Assembly: GCA_965249275.1 (NCBI GenBank)
Contig: CBDFLQ010000007.1
Location: forward strand, 256,001 to 320,000
Reading direction: 5' to 3'
DNA from: Dehalococcoidia bacterium
GTDB lineage: Bacteria > Chloroflexota > Dehalococcoidia > Plut-88900
Length of the DNA stretch: 64,000 bases
Made by a program: the position numbers and the translations under genes. Below the pieces are notes generated by a model. It was not told where the DNA came from. It searched no databases and saw only the letters and a list, made by a program, of their open reading frames with translations. This document shows, piece by piece, positions 28,440 through 37,339 of this stretch (positions are counted from its first letter, which is position 1; each line of letters opens with the position of its first letter).

Positions 28440-29582
28440 CTAGTTCATCTTGTAGAGGTCCAGCGCGTTCTCACCCATCACCTTGCGCTGGTCCTCTTCC
28501 GGCAACTTGGAAAGCGTTTCCCTGAGCGTCTTCACCGGCCCGGTCCACGAGTCCGAGTGCGGATAGTCGTAAGCCCACAGCACCCTGTCGGCCCCTAGGA
28601 GTTCTGCCGTAAGCGCTCCATATTCGTCTTCCGGCTCCATGGAGATCCAACCTCGGGTCTTGAAATAGGTGCTCGGCTCCTCTTTCGACTCCATCGAGAA
28701 TCCGATGACCTCGAACTTCTCATCCATCCTGTCCAAGATGTAGGGCATCCACAAAGTCCCCGACTCCAGCACTACCAACCGGAACGTCGGGAACCGGTCG
28801 AAAACGCCGCCCTGGAAGAAGCTCATGAAACTGAGCTGAATATCCTGTGAAGTGCTGAAGATCCACCAGGAAGGCTTGTCAATCTCGGGGTGCAGGAGAC
28901 TGCCGGTCGGAGTTCCGCCTGCGCTCACATGCAACGCGGGCGGGAGGTCTTGCTCCTGGAATTCCGCCCACAACGGGTCCCAATACCGTGACCCGTAAGA
29001 CCTGTCGTGGGGGGGCGTAGCCGGGCACATGACCGCTCTCGGCCCGACCCCCGCAGTCCTTTTCAATTCCTTCACGGCTTCATTCACGTCCGTCCACGGG
29101 AGCGTGATGGCTGGATAAAGCCGGTCGGGATGTGCACTGCAAAAGTCGACCAGCCAATCGTTATATACGCGGCAATAGGCAGCAGCAAGCGCGGGGTCCT
29201 TGGTTCCCCCTGCCCAACTCAACCCCAGGGATGGATATAGAATGCTTTTGTCGATCCCTTCCATGTCCATCAATTCGACCCGGGCATCGGGATTACAGGC
29301 CCCGGGATTCATCTCGCGGCCCTGCTCCCAGGTAACCGACGGGTTTTCGAAAATATTCTTCTGGCGCCACTCGCGAGTCCTACTAACGGTGGCCATGTTG
29401 GCGCTGGTGCCCTTGCTGAGGAATCTGTCGCCTTTGCCTTCGGAGAACCACTGCTCCAGCCCGTCCTCCCCGACTCCCATGTGCATCGCCATGTCCCGGT
29501 ATTCCGGCTCGATATTCCTAGTCCAAAGGTCTGACGGCTCCAGGATGTGACCATCGACATCTATAACGAGTGACTTCTTCAC
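28440..29582 (-). CDS. Amidohydrolase_2 family protein
   Basis: DVDGHILEP, MDMEGID..LYPS, LH, LESG, YDYPHSD. Confidence 0.9.
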   Translation of the reverse strand: MKKSLVIDVDGHILEPSDLWTRNIEPEYRDMAMHMGVGEDGLEQWFSEGKGDRFLSKGTSANMATVSRTREWRQKNIFENPSVTWEQGREMNPGACNPDARVELMDMEGIDKSILYPSLGLSWAGGTKDPALAAAYCRVYNDWLVDFCSAHPDRLYPAITLPWTDVNEAVKELKRTAGVGPRAVMCPATPPHDRSYGSRYWDPLWAEFQEQDLPPALHVSAGGTPTGSLLHPEIDKPSWWIFSTSQDIQLSFMSFFQGGVFDRFPTFRLVVLESGTLWMPYILDRMDEKFEVIGFSMESKEEPSTYFKTRGWISMEPEDEYGALTAELLGADRVLWAYDYPHSDSWTGPVKTLRETLSKLPEEDQRKVMGENALDLYKMN

Positions 29583-29665
29583 GCCTTCTTACCTCCTGGC
29601 TCAATACCGGCTATTGGTGCCCCTATTATATAGTCCCCGCTCGTCTCTTTCCTACGACTACGTCT

Positions 29666-30808
29666 CTATTGCAACCTATATAGCTCAACCGCATTGTTCC
29701 CCGCCACGAGACAGCGTTCTTCCGGCGATAGACCTTCCAGCAGCTTCGTAAGGTGCTTTATAGGTTCCGTCGCCGAATCGGAATGCGGATAGTCGTACGC
29801 CCACAATACCCTATCCGCTCCCAGTTTCTCAATTGCAAACGGCCCGAATTCGTCGTTCGGCTCCAGCGATATCCAGCACTGAGTCTTAAAGTACTCGCTC
29901 GGCCGCATCACCGACCCCGCCGTAAAGCCAATCACCGCCTGCATCTCATCCATTCTGTCGAGAATCCAAGGCATCCACGCGCACCCCGCCTCCAGTACCA
30001 CCAGCCGAAGCTCCGGGAACCGGTCGAACACGCCGCCTTGGAAGAAGCTAACGAAACCCAGGATCGTGTCCAGGGACCCGGTGACGAAGTCCCACCAGCT
30101 CGGCTGAGTGAACTCCGGATACAGGATGCTGCCCACAGTCGTTCCCGCATTGCCCACGTGGAGCGATACGGGTACGCCTTGATAAACAAACTCCGCCCAC
30201 ACCGGGTCCCATCGGGGGCGCCCGTAGGACATGTCTCCCGGCGGCGTGTTCGGCGCCTTCACCGCCCTGGCCCCGAAACCCGACGTACGCTTCAACTCCT
30301 GCACGGTAAGTTGCACGTCCCCCCAGGGCAGCGTGACGGCAGGAAACAGTCGGCCCGGGACATGGGAGCAAAAATCCCGGATCCACTTGTTGTAGGCACG
30401 GCAGTGCGCCGCACTCAACTCGGTATCCTCAATCCTCGGTAGGGTGAGCCCTATTGAGGGATAGAGGATACTTATGTCAATTCCCTCCTCGTCCATCATC
30501 CCCGCGCGGCGGTCCGGTTGCCATGCCGGAGGATTCATCTCCAGACCTTCAGCCCAACCAACGCGATGGTTGTCGAAGATGTTTTCCTTCCGCCATTCCA
30601 AGCTTTTGCCAATGGAGGCTGCATCAGCCGCCGTCCCACCGGAGAAGAAGGCGATGGGCTGCCGATCGACACTCCAGCACTCCAACCCAGCCCGGTCCTC
30701 CTCCACGCGCATGGCCCGATCCCGGAACGCGGGTTCGATGTATTCCAGCCACAGGTCGGCAGGCTCAAGAATGTGCCCGTCCACGTCCACGAAGCGCATT
30801 CCGGTCAC
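29666..30808 (-). CDS. Amidohydrolase_2 family protein (tandem paralog)
   Basis: DVDGHILEP, MDEEGID, FFQGGVFDRFP, VLWAYDYPHSD; similar to neighbour. Confidence 0.9.
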   Translation of the reverse strand: MTGMRFVDVDGHILEPADLWLEYIEPAFRDRAMRVEEDRAGLECWSVDRQPIAFFSGGTAADAASIGKSLEWRKENIFDNHRVGWAEGLEMNPPAWQPDRRAGMMDEEGIDISILYPSIGLTLPRIEDTELSAAHCRAYNKWIRDFCSHVPGRLFPAVTLPWGDVQLTVQELKRTSGFGARAVKAPNTPPGDMSYGRPRWDPVWAEFVYQGVPVSLHVGNAGTTVGSILYPEFTQPSWWDFVTGSLDTILGFVSFFQGGVFDRFPELRLVVLEAGCAWMPWILDRMDEMQAVIGFTAGSVMRPSEYFKTQCWISLEPNDEFGPFAIEKLGADRVLWAYDYPHSDSATEPIKHLTKLLEGLSPEERCLVAGNNAVELYRLQ

Positions 30809-30865
30809 TATTGCCCTCTAGCTATCACTCTAACTCTACGACCGACAACCCTATGCGACCACAAA

Positions 30866-32050
30866 CTAGGTGTCGAAAATCGATATGTAAGGTTCGTAGA
30901 AGAACACCCGGTTGCGTCTGCGTCCCGTGACATCACTAAGAATCCCGATGTCAACTAGACGAGACACCAAATCGTTGGCCGATGGATAACTAACCCCCAG
31001 GGTCTTCTGGACATCTTTGACCATTATGTACGGCTGGCGAAACAAGTCCCCTAACAAGCGATGCCCGTTGCCCGCCAATCGTCCCATCCGATTGCTTATC
31101 ATCGAGCGGTGTTCATCTGCTAGTGATACGATCCTCCTCACAGTAGCAGTTGCCTCTACACTAACCTCTGCAATGCCTTGCAGGAAAAAGGCCAGCCAGC
31201 TCTCCCAGTCGCCTTTGTCTCTGACACCCTGTAGCAAAGCGTAGTATTGGGAGCGATGCACTTTGAAGAAGTAGGAGAGATACAGCACCGGTTTCAACAG
31301 TATCTCACGCTCGCATAGAAGAAAGGTGATGAGTAGCCTTCCTATGCGGCCGTTACCGTCCAGGAACGGGTGGATCGTTTCGAAATGGGCATGGATCAGA
31401 CCGAGTCGGATCAGGAAAGGGAGACCGTTCTGATGGTGCAGAAACTGCTCCCACTCCCCTAGCAGGCTTAGGACTTGAGCGGGGGGTGGAGGGACGAACT
31501 CGGTGGTGCTAATAGTAGAATTTTGCGAACCTATCCAATTCTGTTCCGTGCGCAATTCACCAGGCGTCAATTTTGAGCCGCGCACCCCGGCGAGTAGCCT
31601 CTGGTGTATCTCCCTTACTAACCTGATTGAAACTGGGAGCTCGGAAAGCCGCTCAAGCCCGTATTTCATGGCTTGGATATAGTTTATGACTTCGAAGGCA
31701 TCGTCCGGTCTATGGGGCGATGCTATTCGAGCCTCAGCGGAGAGGACATCCTGTAATGAGCTTTGTGTTCCCTCGATTTGGCTGGAAAGAACAGCCTCCT
31801 TGCGTACATACATGAACACAAACAGGTCCGCGGCCGGCAAGGACTGAATAGAGCCATCCAGCCTGCCTAGTGCGAGATCCGCATCAGACAAACGCTGCTG
31901 CAGCACGCCCGATATGTCAAGTGGTGGATCCGGGGGCAGAGGGGCAGGTATGAAGGCGGAGTATCCGGTGGGCTGAAGCTGATAATATCCTGCCCTTTGT
32001 TGTACATACTGTTGGGAAACCCCGTCACGCGAATCTTGCTCTTCTCCCAA
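30866..32050 (-). CDS. Fic family protein with C-terminal winged HTH
   Basis: EAVLSSQIEGTQ inhibitory motif, HPFLDGNGRIGR Fic motif, TGRRRNRVF wHTH; TTG after AGGGAG (start could be up to 32092). Confidence 0.92.
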   Translation of the reverse strand: MGEEQDSRDGVSQQYVQQRAGYYQLQPTGYSAFIPAPLPPDPPLDISGVLQQRLSDADLALGRLDGSIQSLPAADLFVFMYVRKEAVLSSQIEGTQSSLQDVLSAEARIASPHRPDDAFEVINYIQAMKYGLERLSELPVSIRLVREIHQRLLAGVRGSKLTPGELRTEQNWIGSQNSTISTTEFVPPPPAQVLSLLGEWEQFLHHQNGLPFLIRLGLIHAHFETIHPFLDGNGRIGRLLITFLLCEREILLKPVLYLSYFFKVHRSQYYALLQGVRDKGDWESWLAFFLQGIAEVSVEATATVRRIVSLADEHRSMISNRMGRLAGNGHRLLGDLFRQPYIMVKDVQKTLGVSYPSANDLVSRLVDIGILSDVTGRRRNRVFFYEPYISIFDT

Positions 32051-32096
32051 TGTCTCCCTACCTGCCTCAACGTTCAGCATGGATAGTATCAATCAT

Positions 32097-32294
32097 CCCT
32101 TATTAAAGATATCAGGCTAATATTTTAACAAAAGGCAACTCAGCATTCTATATCAAAGTCTACCTTTAATATGGATCCTGCCCTGCCGCTTTTATTAAAG
32201 GATAGGCTTGCCATACTTTAATATGCAACCAGCAAATCTCCCATGTTAAACGCTACCTTTAACATGGCCCATCACCACAGCCCTTATTAAAGGA
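32097..32294. repeat. AT-rich array of alternating TATTAAAG / CTTTAATA half-sites, 92-bp period
   Basis: TATTAAAG at 32101, 32193, 32285; CTACCTTTAAYATGG at 32160 and 32253. Confidence 0.75.
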
Positions 32295-32332
32295 ACCGGC
32301 CCCTGAACGTTACCGTGTGGAGGCAACCGCCC

Positions 32333-33385
32333 CTAGTAGGAAAACCCCCCACCCCCCGTCGGCTGACCGGTCTTCATGTCTATGGTCTCGAACAACCGGG
32401 GCCCGAGAGCCGCCAGCAACCCCAGCGCCGCTAGGTGCATTGTCCTGTCCGTCGGGTCCAGGGGTGGGGCCACCTCACACAGGTCTATCCCCTTCACGAT
32501 GTCGTACTGGCCGAGAGCCGTCATCAGCGAAAGAAATTCACGGGCTCGGATACCCTGGTAAACGCACGCCGTCGTCCCCGGAGACTCGGAGCCGTCCACC
32601 ACGTCAATGTCCACGCTCACGTACACCGCGTCCACGCTCGCCGCAGCGACTTCCAACACTTCCTTGAGAGCTTCCTCGATTCCCTTGTCCAGCATCTGGC
32701 GCGCCGTCACCATCTTGAGACTGTGGTCGGTGTACATACGGTACTGCTCGGCATCCAGGACAGCGCCGTTCAGCCCCAGCCATGCCATGTTCTTGTAGGA
32801 AATCGTCGCGTTCTCGCTAATGCGCCTAGCCGAGGTGCCGTGATTGAACCGGCTGCCTGCCTGCAGTTCATCCCAGAAATCAGGATGGCTGTCGATGTGC
32901 AGATATCCGATGCGCGGGCTCGAATGCCTCTCCAACATCCCCCTGGCAAACCCGAGAAAGCCCGGGTAGCAGACATAGTGGTCGCCCCCAAGGATTACCG
33001 GCGAGCCCCCCCGACGCACGATATCGCTCACTCCCGAGGCCACGCCCTCGGTGGTCACCATGATGTCCTGGGGGGAAATATCCAGGTCACCGATGTCGGC
33101 CAGGAGCCCGTCACCCTTGAACCGGAACCCCATGTGCGAGTCCAGGTCGACCGTCGTGCGGTCCTCGGCCATCTCCTGCACCATCCGGTACTTGTAGGTC
33201 CCTTCTCTTATGCCCCGAGGCCCGAACCGCGCCCCCTTCCTCCCGATGTTGATTCCCTCGTCGATCGGCACCCCCGCCACCACCGTCATCCCTTCCTGCA
33301 CTTCCTCCCTCCCGATGATCGGCGCCCCGAAGAAGGACGGAAATCCTACGTATGAGTTGATGTAGCCCGGCTTGGTTACTGCCAT
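32333..33385 (-). CDS. Ureohydrolase (agmatinase/arginase family)
   Basis: GARFGPRGIR, GGDH, DSHPD, DIDVVD, EVAPPLD. Confidence 0.88.
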   Translation of the reverse strand: MAVTKPGYINSYVGFPSFFGAPIIGREEVQEGMTVVAGVPIDEGINIGRKGARFGPRGIREGTYKYRMVQEMAEDRTTVDLDSHMGFRFKGDGLLADIGDLDISPQDIMVTTEGVASGVSDIVRRGGSPVILGGDHYVCYPGFLGFARGMLERHSSPRIGYLHIDSHPDFWDELQAGSRFNHGTSARRISENATISYKNMAWLGLNGAVLDAEQYRMYTDHSLKMVTARQMLDKGIEEALKEVLEVAAASVDAVYVSVDIDVVDGSESPGTTACVYQGIRAREFLSLMTALGQYDIVKGIDLCEVAPPLDPTDRTMHLAALGLLAALGPRLFETIDMKTGQPTGGGGFSY

Positions 33386-33492
33386 ATTGCACCTCCGGTT
33401 AGTGGGAACCGCGCTAATTTAAACCCCTCCCCCGAGACAGGTCAACAAACCACTTGCTGATCCCGTTCACATAGAGGGGTGTCATATCCCTC

Positions 33493-33521
33493 TTGACTTT
33501 ATAAGACATGTGTTCTATTAT
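33493..33521 (+). promoter_or_regulatory. Sigma70-type promoter with a degenerate LexA-like box in the spacer
   Basis: TTGACT-17bp-TATTAT; spacer holds AGACATGTGTTCTA; AAGGAGGT follows at 33551. Confidence 0.55.
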
Positions 33522-34267
33522 TGGGCCAGTCTAGACCCGACACTCACCTTAAGGAGGTACCGGACAACCTAGGGAAGCCCACCCGACCCACCCGAGGACT
33601 CAACGTCTAAGCCCATCCCAAAGGGCGGCCCACAAGCCGTCCCTCGGCACAAGCGAACGCCGCCATCTCCTCTACCAAGGGCCCGGCTATCCCTTACCCT
33701 GACCATCAGGCGATGGAAGACGCACTGGACCGTACTTAAAAGTCTCCTCACGGAGCAACCCGACCTATGGAGCGGAACGGGGCAGCCCGTAGCCGAGGCC
33801 CGCTCGGCTCTCCGTCCGCTTCCTCAAATAAACTGGGCTGCCGCCGTCTCCCGGCTCCGGGACATCGTCGGCTAACTGGATACCCCGTACTCCTGCGAGG
33901 GGAACTGACCCTGGACTTTCCCCTTCCTGCATCCGCCTCCGGCGGACAGCGCAGCCAACCCTGCATCGGAGCCTATGACGGACGACGGACCCGTACGTCC
34001 GACCATACTTCCAGGTCTAGGCGGCGGCGGAGTCCCGTCCCAACGCTTCCCGGGACGCCTCCATGCCCGCATTATCTAAATGTAGGGAGCCTAATCCAGC
34101 AAGCGTCTTTCATCGCCTTCCCAAAACCTGACAGACAGAACTGAAACCGAAACCCCACAATCGAAGATCCGCCTCTGGAGGACTGAAGAAAAACCCGGTG
34201 TGTCACTAACCTGTCAAACGAATGCAATTGCTTGTACGAACCGCATGGGCAGACTAGAATTGCCCCC

Positions 34268-35263
34268 ATGACTACCCAACCCACTCCCGAGGCAGAACCC
34301 TCCTTCATCGGCCTACCCTCCTTCCTCAAGCTCCCCTACGTCACCGACTCCGCTGAACTCAAACGCCTCGCCCCCGACGTGGCGATCATGGGTGCCCCCT
34401 TCGACATGGGGACTACCATTCGACCGGGAACGAGGTTCGGGCCCCGGGCGATTCGCCAGGCTGCAGGCTACGTCGGGGGCAGTCCCGTCGAGCCCATGTA
34501 CCACGTCTCCCTCAAGGTGGCGCCTTTTGCCATTCTGAAGGTCGTGGACTTCGGCGATGCCAACTGCTCCCCCCATTCCCTTGAGCTAGCCCACGCCGCC
34601 ATCAATCGCAAAGTCTCCGACGCCCTGGCCGCCAACACCCTGCCCATAGTCCTCGGCGGAGACCACTCTATAACCCTTCCAGCCGCTACGGCCGTCGCCG
34701 ACGCCTGGGGTCGGGGAAAGGTCGGCATCATCCACTTCGACTCCCACGCCGACACCGCCCCAGACAGCTTCGGAGGCAGCCTGATCGCCCACGGCAGCCC
34801 CATGCGCAGGCTCATCGAAAGCGGCGCGGTCCTACCCAGAAACTTCGTCCAGATCGGCCTCCGGGGCTACTGGCCCCCCGCCGAGGTCTGGCAATGGATG
34901 GAAGAGCAAGGAATGCGCTGGCACCTCATGACCGAGCTCGAAGAGCGTGGCTTTGACACCGTAATGGACGAGGCCATCGATGAGGCCTTGGACGGCCCCG
35001 AGTTTATCTACCTATCAGTTGACATCGATGTCCTTGACCCGGGCTTCGCGCCCGGCACCGGCACCCCGGAACCCGGCGGCATGACCCCCAGCCAGCTTCT
35101 CCGTGCCGTGCGGAACATCGTTTCCCGGGTCAACCTAGTCGCCATGGACGTGGTGGAAGTCTCTCCACCCTACGACGGCCCCGGCGCTGTCACCGCCGAG
35201 CACGCCCACCGGGTGGTCGTCGAAGCCATAGCCGCCCTGGCCCACAAACGCACCTCGTCCTAG
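34268..35263 (+). CDS. Agmatinase/guanidinobutyrase family ureohydrolase
   Basis: RPGTRFGPRAIR, GGDHS, FDSHAD, DIDVLDP..APGTGTPEPGG, EVSPPYD. Confidence 0.92.
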   Translation: MTTQPTPEAEPSFIGLPSFLKLPYVTDSAELKRLAPDVAIMGAPFDMGTTIRPGTRFGPRAIRQAAGYVGGSPVEPMYHVSLKVAPFAILKVVDFGDANCSPHSLELAHAAINRKVSDALAANTLPIVLGGDHSITLPAATAVADAWGRGKVGIIHFDSHADTAPDSFGGSLIAHGSPMRRLIESGAVLPRNFVQIGLRGYWPPAEVWQWMEEQGMRWHLMTELEERGFDTVMDEAIDEALDGPEFIYLSVDIDVLDPGFAPGTGTPEPGGMTPSQLLRAVRNIVSRVNLVAMDVVEVSPPYDGPGAVTAEHAHRVVVEAIAALAHKRTSS

Positions 35264-35310
35264 CGGTCCATCCGCACTCGGCGTCTCCGAGTCCCCCTAT
35301 GGTACTATCC
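35180..35310 (+). repeat. Direct repeat copy 1 (ureohydrolase 3' end + downstream promoter-like DNA)
   Basis: Matches 35981-36110 at an offset of 801 bp. Confidence 0.85.
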
Positions 35311-35417
35311 CGCGAATCTCACACAGTAGATGGTCAGTTTTTTGAAAATCTCCAGCGAAGCCCGCCTCCGGGCCAGTGCTCCCAGGGTTGTAAGGAAGTC
35401 TAGAAAAGAGAGAGGCT

Positions 35418-35933
35418 GTGAATACTCACCTAAAACTGGTTGTTTTGGCACTGGTATCGCTGGTTCTTGCTTTATCGTGTAGTCAGAATCCAGAGTCGGC
35501 TTATCGGGAAAAGTCCGCGGAGTTAGGAATCGAGTTCTATCAGACCGCACGGGCGGTTCCGGAAGCCCTGCAAGGGTTGTCCTTGTCGAACCCGCTCGGC
35601 GGCGATGTCACCAGGACGGAGGCACGTCGCCGGTTTGCCGCTCTTGATGAGGCGCATGGACGGCTTTATGAAGTCCTCAAAGAGTTTCGAGACATCAAGG
35701 ACGCAGAGAGATTCAAAGAGCATTATCAGCTCCAGATAAACGAGTTCGAATCTCTTATAACGGCAACATGGGCGCTGCGTTCATTTTATGGGACATGGCT
35801 GGACAGGTGGGGGTCTTCTGACTTAGAAACCGAGGTCTTGTTGCGCAAGGCCTTAGATATAGCTCTTGTTCAGATGGATGAAGTCGAGTACTTCAACGAA
35901 CAGATTCAGGTTTTGTTGCTGCCTCTTCCTTAG
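35418..35933 (+). CDS. Hypothetical lipoprotein
   Basis: Signal peptide with lipobox LALSC; helical; lower GC than neighbours; GTG after GAGG. Confidence 0.75.
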   Translation: MNTHLKLVVLALVSLVLALSCSQNPESAYREKSAELGIEFYQTARAVPEALQGLSLSNPLGGDVTRTEARRRFAALDEAHGRLYEVLKEFRDIKDAERFKEHYQLQINEFESLITATWALRSFYGTWLDRWGSSDLETEVLLRKALDIALVQMDEVEYFNEQIQVLLLPLP

Positions 35934-35980
35934 CAGTGAAATGCCAGGCTGGCATAGACAATCTAAAAGCCTGCGCTGAA

Positions 35981-36110
35981 CCCGGCGCAGTCACCGCCGA
36001 GCACGCCCACCGGGTCGTCGTTGAAGCCATAGCCGCACTAGCCCACAAACGCACATTCTCCTAAGGGTTTGCTTGCGCTTGGCGTGGCTAAGGCCCCTTA
36101 TGGTAATATC
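35981..36110 (+). repeat. Direct repeat copy 2 (orphan duplicate of ureohydrolase 3' end)
   Basis: Encodes PGAVTAEHAHRVVVEAIAALAHKRTFS* versus ..HKRTSS* in the gene. Confidence 0.85.
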
Positions 36111-36187
36111 TGCCCATCGGATTCCCACGTCGAACCCCCAAATAAGCCCCTCAGCGGGCCTGTTTAATGAGAGAGGTAGGCTAAGCA

Positions 36188-37321
36188 GTGGTCCTTGAGC
36201 AGCTAATCTCCGCCGACTCCCACGTAGTAGAACCCCCCGACCTCTGGCAGACCCGCACCGACGCCCGATTCCGAGACAAGGCTCCTAGGGTCGTCAGGAA
36301 TGGCAATGTCGACAACTGGGTTGTCGGCGACGACATACTCATTGGCTCCATCGGAGGCCCGACCCAGGCCGGGCGCCGGTACACCGACCTCGATTCGCTC
36401 TCCATAGAAGGTAACTACGAGGAGTCCCCGCTGGCGGCCTACGACCCCGACGAACGCCTCAAGGCCATGGAAGTCGACGGCGTAGTAGGCGAGGTGGTCT
36501 ACTCGACCATCGGCACCCGCCTCTACACCGTAGACGTTCGCGGCGACCTCCTTGCCGCCTGCTTCCGGGCCCTCAACGACTGGTCCGCCGACTTCGGCGC
36601 CGCCCACCCCGACAAGTTAAAAGGCACCGCCGCCATCAGCTTCGACAACGTCCCCGAAGCTGTGGTAGAGATCCAGAGATGCGCCAAACTCGGCCTCTCC
36701 GGTTTCGTCATCCCCGCCTACCAGTCCGAAGACGAGCATTATGACAACCCCGAGTTCGCCCCTATATGGAGCGCCTTCGAGGATACCGGCATTCCCGTCG
36801 GCATTCACTCCGGCTCCGTACGGCCGGGCCCCGCACGTATCGGCGCATTCGCCAACAACGCGTCCGTGGCAGGCACCGCAGCCTTCAGGGCCACCCAAGA
36901 CTACTGGGTCCGCAGGTCCGTAGCGCAGATGATGTTTGGGGGCATATTCGAACGGCACCCGAAGCTAAAGGTCGGCGTCGTCGAATACGAGCTTTCTTGG
37001 GCGCCCTATTTCATCAAGATGATGGACATGGCCTATGAAAAGCACCGCTATGTCACCGAGATCCGATTCAAGGACGACCGGCTCCCCAGCGACGTCTTCC
37101 ACCAGAACATGTTCGTCTCCTTCCAGGAGGATGAGCTGGGTATCGCCCTACGTCACGTGATTGGGGTAGAGAACATTATGTTCGGTTCCGACTACCCCCA
37201 CCGGGAGTCGACCTGGCCCCGCTCCCGGCAGGTCCTCACCGAAGTCCTCTCCGATTGCACCGAAGAAGAGAAGCATAAGATCAGCTACCTGAACGCAGCT
37301 CGCCTCTACGGCTTCAACTAG
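36188..37321 (+). CDS. Amidohydrolase_2 family protein
   Basis: ISADSHVVEPPDLW, GIFERHPKL, GSDYPHREST. Confidence 0.9.
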   Translation: MVLEQLISADSHVVEPPDLWQTRTDARFRDKAPRVVRNGNVDNWVVGDDILIGSIGGPTQAGRRYTDLDSLSIEGNYEESPLAAYDPDERLKAMEVDGVVGEVVYSTIGTRLYTVDVRGDLLAACFRALNDWSADFGAAHPDKLKGTAAISFDNVPEAVVEIQRCAKLGLSGFVIPAYQSEDEHYDNPEFAPIWSAFEDTGIPVGIHSGSVRPGPARIGAFANNASVAGTAAFRATQDYWVRRSVAQMMFGGIFERHPKLKVGVVEYELSWAPYFIKMMDMAYEKHRYVTEIRFKDDRLPSDVFHQNMFVSFQEDELGIALRHVIGVENIMFGSDYPHRESTWPRSRQVLTEVLSDCTEEEKHKISYLNAARLYGFN

Positions 37322-37339
37322 CTTACCTGCTTTGAAACC

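Noticed and set aside
32097-32294. Possible CRISPR array
   Set aside because: Conserved units are only 8-15 nt and alternate in orientation; no 25-40 nt direct repeats and no cas genes.
33767-34144. 125-aa ORF in the ureohydrolase intergenic region
   Set aside because: Arg/Pro/Ser-rich, crosses a repeat hairpin and has no clear SD; not supported as a real CDS.
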